From: an uncultured Clostridium sp.
GTDB lineage: Bacteria; Bacillota; Clostridia; TANB77; CAG-508
Assembly: GCA_946409935.1 (NCBI GenBank)
Contig: CAMJYG010000002.1
Location: 8,202-72,201, forward strand
Direction: 5' to 3'
DNA length: 64,000 nucleotides
Shown: one piece after another, positions 19,429-29,423 of the stretch
Layout of the letters: each line of letters starts with the position of its first letter
Position numbering within the stretch: position 1 is the first letter of the stretch
Program-made: the position numbers and the translations under genes
The notes under the pieces: model-generated
What the model was told of the DNA's origin: nothing
Databases searched by the model: none
Seen by the model: only the letters and a program-made list of their open reading frames with translations

Positions 19429-19680
19429 ATGGAAAACTTATTGAAACAAGAGCTTATAAAAAATGCAGTAGCAAAGTTAGATGAGCCATGGAAAAATCTA
19501 ACTGTAAAAGATGTTGCAAAAGACTTGAAAATGGGAGAAAATCTTGCAAATGAATTATTTAAAAGAAAAGATTTTCCGTCTGTTAATATAGGGAAAACAA
19601 AAACAATATCTAAAATTGCTTATGAGTTGTGGAAATTAGAAAAAAGAGAACCTGAATATCGAAAGAAAAGAGGTTACTGA
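19429..19680 (+). CDS. excisionase-like HTH DNA-binding protein
   Basis: LTVKDVAKDLKMGENLANELFKRKDFPSVNIGK motif. SD AAGGAGG. Lies upstream of the integrase. Confidence 0.65.
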   Translation: MENLLKQELIKNAVAKLDEPWKNLTVKDVAKDLKMGENLANELFKRKDFPSVNIGKTKTISKIAYELWKLEKREPEYRKKRGY

Positions 19681-20162
19681 TGAATAATAATTGTAAGGAA
19701 ATAAGAGTCTTAACTGAAATTTTACAAGTTAAAGATTTAACTATAACTGAAAAAATAATATTATCACAAATAGATGCACTTGACCACAAAGAAGGATGCT
19801 TTGCAAGTAATAAATACTTTGCAGAGCTTTTTTTATTATCTAAAACACAAATATCAAAAATAATATCAGACTTAAAGAAAAAAGGTTGGATATCTGTAAA
19901 ATATGTAAATAAGGAAAACACAAGAGCAGTGGATAAAAGAATTATAAAAATAAATCGACCACCCTATCCAACTAGAGTTAAAGAGGGTATTAAAGCAGAG
20001 GACAATACTCCTATTAAACCACAGTTTAAAGATAATAATAAATATATAAATAATAAGAATAGTTATATGAATTATGAACAAAGAGATTATTCGAATTTTG
20101 ACTGGGAGAGTTTGTATGCAAACAACCCTGAGAATATGAAAAAATTTTATGATAATTTTTAA
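19680..20162 (+). CDS. winged-helix/HTH protein (element replication or regulation accessory)
   Basis: 160-aa ORF coupled by an ATGA overlap. KYFAELFLLSKTQISKIISDLKKKGWI motif. Confidence 0.55.
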   Translation: MNNNCKEIRVLTEILQVKDLTITEKIILSQIDALDHKEGCFASNKYFAELFLLSKTQISKIISDLKKKGWISVKYVNKENTRAVDKRIIKINRPPYPTRVKEGIKAEDNTPIKPQFKDNNKYINNKNSYMNYEQRDYSNFDWESLYANNPENMKKFYDNF

Positions 20163-20175
20163 ATGAGGAATGTAT

Positions 20176-21171
20176 ATGGCAAAAAGAAATAGAGGAGAAG
20201 GAACTATTTATTATTCAGCAGCAAGAAAACAATGGATAGGTCAATTTACTAAAACAATTGCAGGAGAAAAGATTAGAAAAAGTGTATATGGTTCCACTAA
20301 AAATGAAGTATCTGAAAAGCTATTAGATTTAAGAGTTGAAATGAAAGATATAGATTTTATTAAAGAAAAAGGTATGCCTTTAATTCAAATAATGGAATTG
20401 ATAAGAGATAAAAAATATAATTCTAATAAAATAAAAGATGGACAATATAGTAGAATCACTAAAACTATTGAAAAAATACAAAGTAGCAAAATTGGAAAAA
20501 TGAATATTAAAGATATAACTGCAGATGATATTCAAGATTTTCTAAATGATAATAAAGAATATAGCAATTCTACAATAAAGAAATTATATGAACAGTTTAA
20601 TCAAGCCTTTGAATATGCTATAAGAAATAAATACATAAAAGATAATCCAATGCGTGAAGTAATAAAGCCTAAAAGTATAAAACAAGATAAAGAGGTTAGA
20701 GCATTAACAATAGATGAACAAAAAAAATTAAGTGATTATTTATTTAAATCATCTATAAAAGATGAAAAATATAAAAATGTTTTTTTAATTCAAATGTATT
20801 TAGGTTTAAGAATTGGAGAAACACTTGCTTTAACAAAAAATGATATTGATTTAGTACAAAAATTATTATTCGTAAATAAAACAACAACTATCGGGAAAAA
20901 TGGTGAAACTATAATTGGAGATTCTACAAAAACTTATGCAGGTAGAAGAAGTGTTCCAATACCCAATTTTATGATACCAATATTTAAAGAGCAATTAGAT
21001 ATTTCAAAAAATAATAGAGATAATTATTTATTTTTAAATGATGATAAATTAATTACAAATTCTGCTTGTAATAGCAGATTAAAAAGAATTATAAATGATA
21101 TATTAGGTTGGCAAAATAATTCATTTTCTTCACATAGTTTAAGACATACTTTCAGAAGAAATTTATATTGA
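20176..21171 (+). pseudogene. int: tyrosine recombinase/integrase, C-terminally truncated
   Basis: Arm-binding N-terminus GEGTIYY..KQWIGQF, catalytic GLRIGETLAL and HSLRHTF. The frame then ends without the HxxR...Y region. Junction near 21152. Confidence 0.8.
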
Positions 21172-21356
21172 TGAAGAAGATGACGAAATGGAGTTTTAAT
21201 AATAAAGCAAGATTCCCACTTGTCCGTACAAGTGAGTTTGATCTAGTGTAAACACATAAAAAATTAGAACAGAAATTCAAATCTGTTCTAATTTTGATTT
21301 TTATTTTGTGAAGAATATCAAAAGTTTCCGAACAAGATGGCACCTGTAATTTTTCA

Positions 21357-21782
21357 CTAACCTAAATATTTAAAAACTTGCTCTGGATATATTTTTAATT
21401 CTTTATTTATAAATCTTTTAGTATCTATCCATACTGCATCAGTTTCACAATTGTCATCAATTATATGGTATTTTTCTTTATAATCTTCATCTTTTATATC
21501 AACATTATAAAATAATATTAATTCATGAGCATTTTTTCCATTATAAGTAAATATATTTTCTGAAATTCCTAAAAATTCTCCTACATTAATTTCTATATTA
21601 AGTTCTTCTTTAAATTCTCTTTTTAATGCATCCTTACTATTTTCTAAAAATTCAATTCCTCCACCTATACTTCTATAGAATATTTCATTTTTAACATTAT
21701 CATACCCTTTACTAACTAATATTTTGTTGTCTTTTTTTACCATTCCGAGAACAATAGGTCTTATTTCTTTAAATTTATCCAT
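21357..21782 (-). CDS. NUDIX hydrolase
   Basis: Nudix box GGGIEFLENSKDALKREFKEELNI. SD GGAGGG. Confidence 0.9.
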   Translation of the reverse strand: MDKFKEIRPIVLGMVKKDNKILVSKGYDNVKNEIFYRSIGGGIEFLENSKDALKREFKEELNIEINVGEFLGISENIFTYNGKNAHELILFYNVDIKDEDYKEKYHIIDDNCETDAVWIDTKRFINKELKIYPEQVFKYLG

Positions 21783-21793
21783 CCTTTACCCTC

Positions 21794-22300
21794 CTATAAA
21801 ATAAATCTATTATTATTTTCGATAATATCTATGGTTTCATTAACTGTAATATTTGAAGTATCTAATATATTTTGTTTGTTATAATTAGTATTCTTAAAAT
21901 TATTTAACAAAGTAATGCAACGCTCATGCATTTGGCAGTCTTCTGGTCTTTCTTTATCTCTCAAAAGTAAGCTTTCTTCATCTACCAATAGTACAACAAA
22001 CTTTATAGAACAATCTCTAAATTCTTCTTTCATTTGTTTTAATGGTGTAGGTGTTACAATATAATTAAATATAACATCATATCCTTCTTCTAAATAAGTT
22101 CTAATTGTGCTTATACATACTTTCCAAAATACATCTAAGTGATTTCCTTCTTTCCAAGCTTGAACATATCCACCGATTACTTGATGATATATGTCATCCC
22201 CTTCTAATAAAACAGATTTCTTTTTAGATTCTGCAATTTTTCTTGAAATTGTACTTTTACCAACTCCTGCTGGTCCTGTAATTATATATAATTTTGACAT
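21794..22300 (-). CDS. P-loop kinase-like protein (AAA_33/zeta-toxin-like size class)
   Basis: Walker A GPAGVGKST, 168 aa, starts 11 nt upstream of the NUDIX gene. Confidence 0.75.
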   Translation of the reverse strand: MSKLYIITGPAGVGKSTISRKIAESKKKSVLLEGDDIYHQVIGGYVQAWKEGNHLDVFWKVCISTIRTYLEEGYDVIFNYIVTPTPLKQMKEEFRDCSIKFVVLLVDEESLLLRDKERPEDCQMHERCITLLNNFKNTNYNKQNILDTSNITVNETIDIIENNNRFIL

Positions 22301-22315
22301 TTTATTTCACTTCCT

Positions 22316-22840
22316 TTATACATGATTAATATATTTATTAAATTCTTTGAATGTAATACCAACTGGTATTTCAAAAAATTCTTTTGTAGGGCTTTCTTTT
22401 CCACCTCTTAATTTTATATAATAATCTACTATTGTTTTTATTGCTTCTTCTTCTGATGTATATTCATAAATTCCTTTTTTCTCAAAATTAGGGTGTTCCA
22501 TATGATAAACTTTATTATTCTCATAATATAGAATAAAACAATGCATATGTTCTTCTTCCTCTAAATTTCCATAATCATCTGGCTCAAATATTCTACAGCA
22601 ATACATTTTATTTTTTATATTAATCTTATTTAACAAATAATGCATTAGATTAACTTGATCAATACATGTTCCAATTTTATAATCTAAAATTTCTTCTATA
22701 GACATTGTCCTGTAAATTTTACGAAATTCTTTCATTGTATTAAGATGTATATTTCCATTAATGTCAATCCAACCATATTCTATATTATCAGTCATAAATT
22801 TATATACATCTTGAGGGTTTTTTATTTCATTTATTTTCAT
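22316..22840 (-). CDS. transglutaminase-like/papain-fold cysteine enzyme
   Basis: GTCIDQVNLMHYLLNK (Cys) ... HMHCFILYY (His) ... HMEHP arrangement resembles the transglutaminase core C-H-D. 15 nt upstream of the kinase gene. Confidence 0.55.
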   Translation of the reverse strand: MKINEIKNPQDVYKFMTDNIEYGWIDINGNIHLNTMKEFRKIYRTMSIEEILDYKIGTCIDQVNLMHYLLNKINIKNKMYCCRIFEPDDYGNLEEEEHMHCFILYYENNKVYHMEHPNFEKKGIYEYTSEEEAIKTIVDYYIKLRGGKESPTKEFFEIPVGITFKEFNKYINHV

Positions 22841-22925
22841 CTTTTTCTCCTAATTTTCTGTTTTCACTTGTTTACAAGATTACTTATCTTATGCTCAAAT
22901 AAAAGTTATCTTTTTAGTATTTTAT

Positions 22926-23489
22926 TTAATTCATTTTCAGCTTTTTTATAAAATAATTATCTTTTTCAATCGGTATATTCATTTTTGAAATAATTGTTTT
23001 AATATTTTCTATAGTACTCCATTCCGTGTTTGGTTCAGTTTCAATTTCTATTAAAATGTCACTGTCTTTAATAAATTTAATAGCTAATTCAAATTTATTT
23101 TTATAATAAATTATATCTTCTTCTTTTATATTCATAATTTCAGTGTAATCTAATGCTTCAAATATCTTTTTGGCATCTTCTATGTTTTGAACATCACAAT
23201 TAATAGCTCTTTGACTAATAATATCACCATTTTCAGCTATATCTTTAATTTTATAAGTGATTTTTTGAACAATCTTTCCATCATCTATAATATATCTTAA
23301 AATAATTGCCTTTGATAATATTTCCCTTGTAGACAAATTTTCTATATTTAATGAAGATGGAATATAATAATAATCGTCTAATGAAAATTCTCTCCCTGAT
23401 TTAAATCCTTGTTTCTTTAAATAATTTAGTAATTCATCCCTTGAGCAAATAACTCTCACTGTTACTTCATTTTCATATTTAATTGCCAT
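22926..23489 (-). CDS. CYTH-domain protein (CyaB/ThTPase superfamily)
   Basis: N-terminal YENEVTVRV strand motif, about 185 aa, alternating beta pattern typical of the CYTH tunnel fold. Confidence 0.6.
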   Translation of the reverse strand: MAIKYENEVTVRVICSRDELLNYLKKQGFKSGREFSLDDYYYIPSSLNIENLSTREILSKAIILRYIIDDGKIVQKITYKIKDIAENGDIISQRAINCDVQNIEDAKKIFEALDYTEIMNIKEEDIIYYKNKFELAIKFIKDSDILIEIETEPNTEWSTIENIKTIISKMNIPIEKDNYFIKKLKMN

Positions 23490-23829
23490 TTTAGATTTTC
23501 CTTTCCTTATAAATTTTTATTAAATTTATTTGTGTGTAATATTACCTATTTTGCAAACATTTTAATTTTTTTTCTTAAATGGTATATCATACAAACCTTA
23601 TATTTACAATAATTTGGTGACTTTTGATTTGAATGCACAAAAGTGCATTCATTTTGTATAAGAAATATTTTTTGAATGCATTTTGAATGTACTTTAATGA
23701 ATTTTTACAGAGTTTTATAGAGTTTGAGAAAGTATGAGAAAGATTTGATAAATTTGTTTAAAACATTGATATAACTGCATTTTCTTGATACAACAAAAAA
23801 AGAAGAATTCTTACGAATTCTTCTAAATA

Positions 23830-23841
23830 TGGTCGAGGTGA
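23830..23841 (-). repeat. 12-nt copy of the tRNA-Pro 3' end (att remnant)
   Basis: TGGTCGAGGTGA, carrying the same T variant as the 18424 copy. Preceded by hairpin AGAAGAATTC-TTAC-GAATTCTTCT. Confidence 0.55.
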
Positions 23842-23944
23842 AAACATTACTAAAAATGCTAAATCTCTCTATTTATCAACATTTTGTCTATTCACTTTTT
23901 TGTTGCGGAGCAAATTTGCGGAATGTTAAGTACTTTATAATCGC

Positions 23945-24766
23945 TTAAATTCTATAAACTTCTCCTATTCTCATACCAGTTGTAAGTAATAATAAAAATA
24001 AATATTTATGTTTACATTTATAGATAGGTGTAGCTTCAAGATAATCAATAAGTTGTTTTTCTTTTTCTAGAGTAAGAGCTATTTTTTGAGGTACAACTTT
24101 TGCAATCTTCGTTTTAGGCTTTTCAATAGCATTGTAACCATCCATATAATTATCTTTAATTAAATTCTGACTATAAGCATAATCAAAAGCCCTTTTTATA
24201 ATTCTAAACCTTTCTTTAATTGTAGTAGGAGAATATTCAGCCAGTTCATTTAAATAATCTACAATTTCCAATCTACTAACTTTGTTAATAGGTTTCGTAG
24301 TAAAAGCACTCTTTTCAAGCATTTTCAAATTTGTAGTATTCTTATTGTGAGTGTTGCTATTGATTTTATGAAGTTTGTAGTCCTCCATGTAAAGTGGTGT
24401 AGCAATATCAATAATAGATAAATTTGTTTTATTAATTATTCTAGGTCCACCATTTTTATCTATATTGAGTTTTGCCTCTAATGCTAAACTCAATGCTTGC
24501 TCTTCTGTTTCTGCAACAAATGTCTTTTTTAATTCTTTTCTAGTTATTGTATCTCTACCTAGAATAACTGTAGCTTTACTTGTTTGAGAAAAGTAAAAAT
24601 TGTTACAGCCACTATCTCTACAAATATGCATTCTTTCTAAACTGTCAGCTAATTGATATTTTTTGCTTTTACATATTTCGCAATTTTCACATACACTCTT
24701 ATCAACATTCTTTTTAGGTCGAATAGAGGGGTATGTTCCATAAGTTATTCCATTAATTTTACTCAT
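23945..24766 (-). pseudogene. int: tyrosine integrase, truncated just after the first catalytic Arg
   Basis: Cys-rich N-terminus, SAM-like core-binding region (RFRIIKRAFDYAYSQNLIKDN), and TTGMRIGEVYRI followed by a stop. The rest of the catalytic domain is missing. Confidence 0.75.
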
Positions 24767-24942
24767 TTTTCTAATCCTTTCTATGATAAAATTAAAGGAA
24801 AACTCTTGCTATAATTAAATTTTATGTTATAATTATACAAGATTAAGAAACGTATAGCAAGGGTCTTCCTTGTAATTTTATTTAAGCATTAATAGTTTCT
24901 TTTGAAGGTTTAAATGTTCCAGATTTAAATCTTCTTATTTTT

Positions 24943-25131
24943 TTATTCGTTTGTTTGTGCATTTTTAAAATACTCCTTAAAAGATTCTTCCATAACAAGC
25001 CAAGACTTGCCAATTTTTCTTGCTGGAAAATCTTTTTTGTGGAATAGCTCTAAACAAGTTTGATTACCTATATTTAAGGATTTTCTAATATCTTTTGTTT
25101 CTAAAAATACAATTCCATTAAGTCTTTTCAT
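24943..25131 (-). CDS. excisionase/MerR-like HTH_17 protein
   Basis: FLETKDIRKSLNIGNQTCLELFHKKDFPARKIGKSWLV motif. Confidence 0.65.
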   Translation of the reverse strand: MKRLNGIVFLETKDIRKSLNIGNQTCLELFHKKDFPARKIGKSWLVMEESFKEYFKNAQTNE

Positions 25132-25280
25132 AAGCATTTCTCCTTTCGTAAAAATCTCAAATATATATTTTGTAAAATGTTAATATATCTTTGAGTTGCA
25201 TTGATGATATATGGATTATTAAAAAATGTCAATGAACGTTTTTTGAAACAATTTTGAAAAAATGTAAGTAAAAATATGGA

Positions 25281-25328
25281 GTTATCGACCATTTTTACAT
25301 GGTATGTATCAAAAAGTGGTCGATAACT
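25281..25328. promoter_or_regulatory. 48-bp palindrome GTTATCGACCA-N26-TGGTCGATAAC overlapping the -35 box
   Basis: A second copy lies at 26650-26696. This one ends where the TTGACA of the ATPase promoter begins. Confidence 0.7.
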
Positions 25329-25357
25329 TGACATTTTTTAAAATTTTAGGGTATAAT
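25328..25357 (+). promoter_or_regulatory. sigma-A promoter of the DUF4143 ATPase gene
   Basis: TTGACA (25328-25333), 18 nt spacer, TATAAT (25352-25357). Confidence 0.7.
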
Positions 25358-25383
25358 TATAATTAATAGAGGTGATTTGATTT

Positions 25384-26613
25384 ATGGAATATTATAGAAG
25401 AGAAAATTATTTAAAAAGAATAAGAAACTTTTATGATGACGGTAGTATTATTAAAGTTATTACTGGTATTAGAAGATGTGGAAAATCAACTTTACTAAAA
25501 TCAATTATTGAAGAATTGCAAGAAAAAGGAGTACCAGAAAAAGATATTATCTCCATAGAATTAGATAAAAAAGAATTTAAAAAAATCGTAACACCAGAAC
25601 AATTAGAAGAAGAAATAGATAAAAGAATAACAGACAATGATTTTAAATATTTATTTATTGATGAAATAGAAAATGTTAGAAACTTTGAACCTGTTATTAA
25701 TGCTTACAGAGAAGAAGGCAATATATCAGTATTTATAACTGGATCTAATTCATATTTACTTAGCGGAGAATTAATAACTAAATTAACAGGCAGATATATT
25801 GAATTTGAAATGATGCCATTAAATTTTTACGAATATATAGGAATGAAAAAATTTTTAAATAAAGAAATAAATTCAAACATTTATATAGAATTCGAAGATT
25901 TTATTAAAAATGGCGGATTCCCAGGTGCTTTGTATTATGATGAATTTGAAGATAAAATTACTTATATTTCAAGTGTTGTGCAACAGATATTTGAAAAAGA
26001 TATTAAAACAAATAATAAAATAAAAGATGTTGCATTATTTGAAGTAATAGAAAAATTCATAATAAATAATTTTGGAAGTGTAATATCAGTAAGCAGTATT
26101 TATGAATATCTAGTAAAAAAAGAAAAATTAAAAGTTGATAGAAGAACTTTAAAAAGATATATTGATATTTTAGAAAAAGCAAAAATAATTTATTCATGTG
26201 ATTTATTTGATATAAAATCAAAAATGGTTTTAAAAGGTGAGAAGAAATATTATTTAGCTGATTTTAGTATTTATTATACTCTAAATACTGATAATAGAAT
26301 AAGCTATGGACCAATGCTTGAAAATATAGTATATAATTATTTAAAAAGCAAAAATTATAATTTAAGTGTTGGAAAAATAGGGAAGTTAGAGTGTGATTTT
26401 ATTGCAAGAAAAGATTTTGATAAATATTTTTATATTCAAGTTTCTAAAACTATTGCAGATGAAAAAGTTGAAGAAAGAGAATATAAACCATTTTATGAAA
26501 TAAAAAATATGTATCCTAAATATTTGTTTACATCTGATGTTCTTTTGCAAGATAGAGATGGTGTAATAAATGTAAATATTGCTGATTTTATATATAATAA
26601 TAAAGAATTATAA
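25384..26613 (+). CDS. AAA ATPase with C-terminal DUF4143/PD-(D/E)xK-like domain
   Basis: Walker A GIRRCGKS, Walker B YLFIDEIE. C-terminal LECDFIA...YIQVSK. SD GAGGTGA. Confidence 0.85.
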   Translation: MEYYRRENYLKRIRNFYDDGSIIKVITGIRRCGKSTLLKSIIEELQEKGVPEKDIISIELDKKEFKKIVTPEQLEEEIDKRITDNDFKYLFIDEIENVRNFEPVINAYREEGNISVFITGSNSYLLSGELITKLTGRYIEFEMMPLNFYEYIGMKKFLNKEINSNIYIEFEDFIKNGGFPGALYYDEFEDKITYISSVVQQIFEKDIKTNNKIKDVALFEVIEKFIINNFGSVISVSSIYEYLVKKEKLKVDRRTLKRYIDILEKAKIIYSCDLFDIKSKMVLKGEKKYYLADFSIYYTLNTDNRISYGPMLENIVYNYLKSKNYNLSVGKIGKLECDFIARKDFDKYFYIQVSKTIADEKVEEREYKPFYEIKNMYPKYLFTSDVLLQDRDGVINVNIADFIYNNKEL

Positions 26614-26649
26614 TAATAGTTTATATGGCGATTTATCATAAAATGTTAA

Positions 26650-26696
26650 GTTATCGACCATTTTTAGGTATTACATACTTAAAAGTGGTCGATAAC
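26650..26696. repeat. second copy of the GTTATCGACCA...TGGTCGATAAC palindrome
   Basis: Same arms as 25281-25328, followed by a T-run. 36 nt after the ATPase stop. Confidence 0.75.
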
Positions 26697-26704
26697 TCAT
26701 TTTT

Positions 26705-26950
26705 TTACATTTCTTCTTCATCTTCTTGCTCACTAGCAATTTGTTTAACTGGATCAATACAAATATCATTTTCTCTTTCAAAATCTCTTAAAACTTCTCT
26801 TGAATCTCCAAGAGCAAATCTATTACACACCCATTTTATAAATAAAACAATTGTAGTGTAAAATCTATCAATTATATCACGTAATTTATTATTTTCATTT
26901 TCTAATCGTTCATATTTATCTTTATAATCAAATGGATCTATGTCAAGTTT
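26705..26950 (-). pseudogene. C-terminal remnant of a Mob_Pre-type relaxase
   Basis: My translation ...KLRDIIDRFYTTIVLFIKWVCNRFALGDSREVLRDFEREND... parallels the tail (KRFIKWLCHKFSYPSEDELVRDFEKE) of 28376..29320. Cut by the IS3. Confidence 0.6.
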
Positions 26951-27140
26951 TTAGACACATTTTTTCACGATTTTTTTAAATATTTTATTTTGTCTTTAAG
27001 GTGTTTTTCACTTATTGTGTGAAAAACACCACACAAAATTATAAAATATCTTTTGAATTGTACAATTTCAGAAATGGCATAAAGAAGCAAGTCAAGGAGT
27101 AATTCCATTTTATACATTTCTTCCATTGACAATTCTTATT

Positions 27141-27987
27141 ATGCTATGCTCTTTAAATATTCAGCATATTTTTGATTTGGCGTAATATAGCCATTTGAAC
27201 TATGTATTCTGGTATTATTATACCAACTTTCTATAAATTCAAATATAGCCATTTTCGCTTCTTTAAATGTTTCATACGTATTTACATTTACTTCTTCTTT
27301 TTTTTATATGGCATTGAAGCTTTCCATACTTGCATTATCATAGGGATAACCCTTTTTGCTATATGAATGTTTTACATTATTTTCTAATAATAAATTTTCA
27401 AATTCATTTGATGTGTATTGACTTCCTAAGTCTGAATGAAATATCATTTCCTGAGTAGTTCCTCTTGTAATTTTGGCTCTCATAAATGCTGATATTACTA
27501 GCTCGGCTGTCATATTTAATCCATATGACCATCCTATTATTTTTAAATCTAATAAATCCATCACTATTGCTAAATATGTCCATCCTGTTTCTTGGGTATA
27601 AATATATGTTATATCTCCAACCCACTTTTCACTTGGCTTTTCAGCTTTAAAGTTTTGTGCAAGTAGATTTTCTTTATTTGTGTCATCTACTTTTTTATTT
27701 CCATTATGATTATATTTTTTTACTATTATGCTTTTTATTCCTAAATATTTCATCCTTCTTGCAACTCTTTTTTGACTTACTTGTATTCCTTGTTTTTTCA
27801 GTATTTTTGTTATTTTAGGTGAACCATATCTTCTTTTTGATTTTTCAAATTCTTCTAGTATTTTCATATCCAATTCTTCATTTGCTTTTTTATAACTATT
27901 TTCTTTGTTTTGCTTATGATAATAATATACTGAATGGTGCAAATTTACAGCCTTACACAGCATTCTTATATCATACATATTTTTCAT
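27141..27987 (-). pseudogene. IS3 transposase orfB (DDE), interrupted by a frameshift in a T8/A8 run
   Basis: DDE region WVGDITYI...HSDLGSQYTS...ESFNAI then a stop at 27304. The other frame continues KKEEVNVNTYETFKEAKMAIFEFIESWYNNTRIHSSNGYITP to 27141. Homopolymer at 27298-27305. Confidence 0.75.
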
Positions 27988-28001
27988 TTCATCTATAAAT
28001 T

Positions 28002-28277
28002 TTACTTTATCTTCTGTTGTTTTGAGAATATGGCTAGTGCTTTTTTTAATATTTCATTTTCCGTTTCTATTTCTAACATTTTCTTTTTCATTTTTATTAT
28101 TTCATCATTACTTGTTATTTCACCTGTTGATGTTTTTATTTTTCCATATTTTTTTATCCAAGTTCTTATATTACATTCTGATGTGCCATATTCTCTAGCT
28201 AATTCACTTTTTGTTTTATTTCCTGCTTCATATAATTCTACTATTGTCTTTTTAAATTCCTCTGTATATGTTTTCAT
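28002..28277 (-). CDS. IS3 transposase orfA (HTH)
   Basis: EEFKKTIVELYEAGNKTKSELAREYGTSECNIRTWIKKY motif. Confidence 0.85.
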   Translation of the reverse strand: MKTYTEEFKKTIVELYEAGNKTKSELAREYGTSECNIRTWIKKYGKIKTSTGEITSNDEIIKMKKKMLEIETENEILKKALAIFSKQQKIK

Positions 28278-28375
28278 AAATCAGACACTCCTTTTTACAT
28301 TTACATAATATTATATCATCTTTTTCTCGATTCGTAAAATTTTGTGTCTATATATCTATTCTAACACCAATTGGA

Positions 28376-29320
28376 ATGGAAGAAACAAAACTATATTTTG
28401 AAGAAAGCTACAATTTCATCTGCAATTACAAAAATCTTGGAGAGAAAAATATAATATCGGCTGTAGTTCATTTTGATGAAACTACTCCACATATGCATTT
28501 GATTTACATTCCAGTAGTTCATACCAAAAATAAAGATGGAAAAGAAATTGATAAGGTATGTTGTAGGGATTTTTGGAAAGGTAGAGATAGTTACAGAAAT
28601 CTACAAAATGCTTTTTACGAATATATAACAAGCAAAGGTTTTGACTTGCAAAGAGGATTGCCTGCTGAAGAAACCAAAAGAAAAAATGAAACAATCCAGA
28701 ATTACAAGCAAATAACTAATTTTGAAAATACTAAAAAGGTATTGGAAAGCATAACATTAGAATTACCACAAACACCTAATATTAAAGAATTTAAAAGAGC
28801 TATATTTAATCGTGATGAAAAAATAGAAAATGCAATAATAAAGCCTAGAGATGAACTAATCCAAAAGCTTTATCAAGAAAACAAGGCATTGCATAAAGAA
28901 TTATCAAAACAAGTAAATACAGTGGATTTTGCTGAAGACTTCAAAGAAGATTATATAAAAATGACAGAAAAAAATGTAAATTTAAGGTTTTCAAATAATT
29001 TACTTAAAGAACAATTGGAAAATAAGGAAAAAGAACTAGAGTTGAAATATGCAAGTAAAGCTAATAATATGGAACATGAATATAAAAAAGAAATTTATAA
29101 ATTAAAGCAGGAAAATAAACACTTAAATAAAATGATAGATAAATTTAAAGTAACCTTAAAAAGATTTATCAAATGGCTTTGCCATAAGTTTTCATATCCG
29201 TCTGAGGATGAGCTTGTACGTGATTTTGAGAAAGAAACATATACTAACTTTAATTTTGAAAAACAACTTGATATAAGCCAATATAAGAAGAAAGATGATG
29301 ATTTTGATATCAAATATTAA
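28376..29320 (+). pseudogene. Mob_Pre-type plasmid recombination/relaxase, N-terminally truncated by the IS3
   Basis: Starts inside the conserved region (AVVHFDETTPHMHLIYIPVV). The N-terminal ~100 aa with the catalytic Tyr region are missing, and there is no SD. Confidence 0.7.
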
Positions 29321-29423
29321 TATGTAAATTGTAAAGGAGCAGTATTGTCTGCTCCAATTATATTTTTAATATATTAATAATTAATTGTTTTGTTGTATAG
29401 TTTTATTATTATATTTTTAAATT

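Larger units (their letters stand above)
26952..28350 (-). mobile_element. IS3-family insertion sequence (boundaries approximate)
   Basis: orfA/orfB arrangement. Imperfect terminal inverted repeats TAGACACATTTTTTCACGA (26952-) and TAGACACAAAATTTTACGA (reverse complement of -28350). Confidence 0.7.

Noticed and set aside
21172-21356. Short ORF 21152..21343 and the tail EEIYIDEEDDEMEF after the integrase breakpoint
   Set aside because: No SD and no recognisable family. It is most likely junction debris plus a terminator hairpin (21262-21296).
25128-25334. ORFs 25128..25334 and 26625..26861
   Set aside because: Both are generated by reading through the GTTATCGACCA palindromes. They have no SD, and the second overlaps the Mob_Pre remnant on the other strand.
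27298-27305. IS3 orfB frameshift as programmed ribosomal frameshifting
   Set aside because: The canonical IS3 -1 frameshift lies at the orfA/orfB overlap (near 27990-28010). This second shift is deep inside the DDE domain in a homopolymer, so it is more likely a mutation or a sequencing error.
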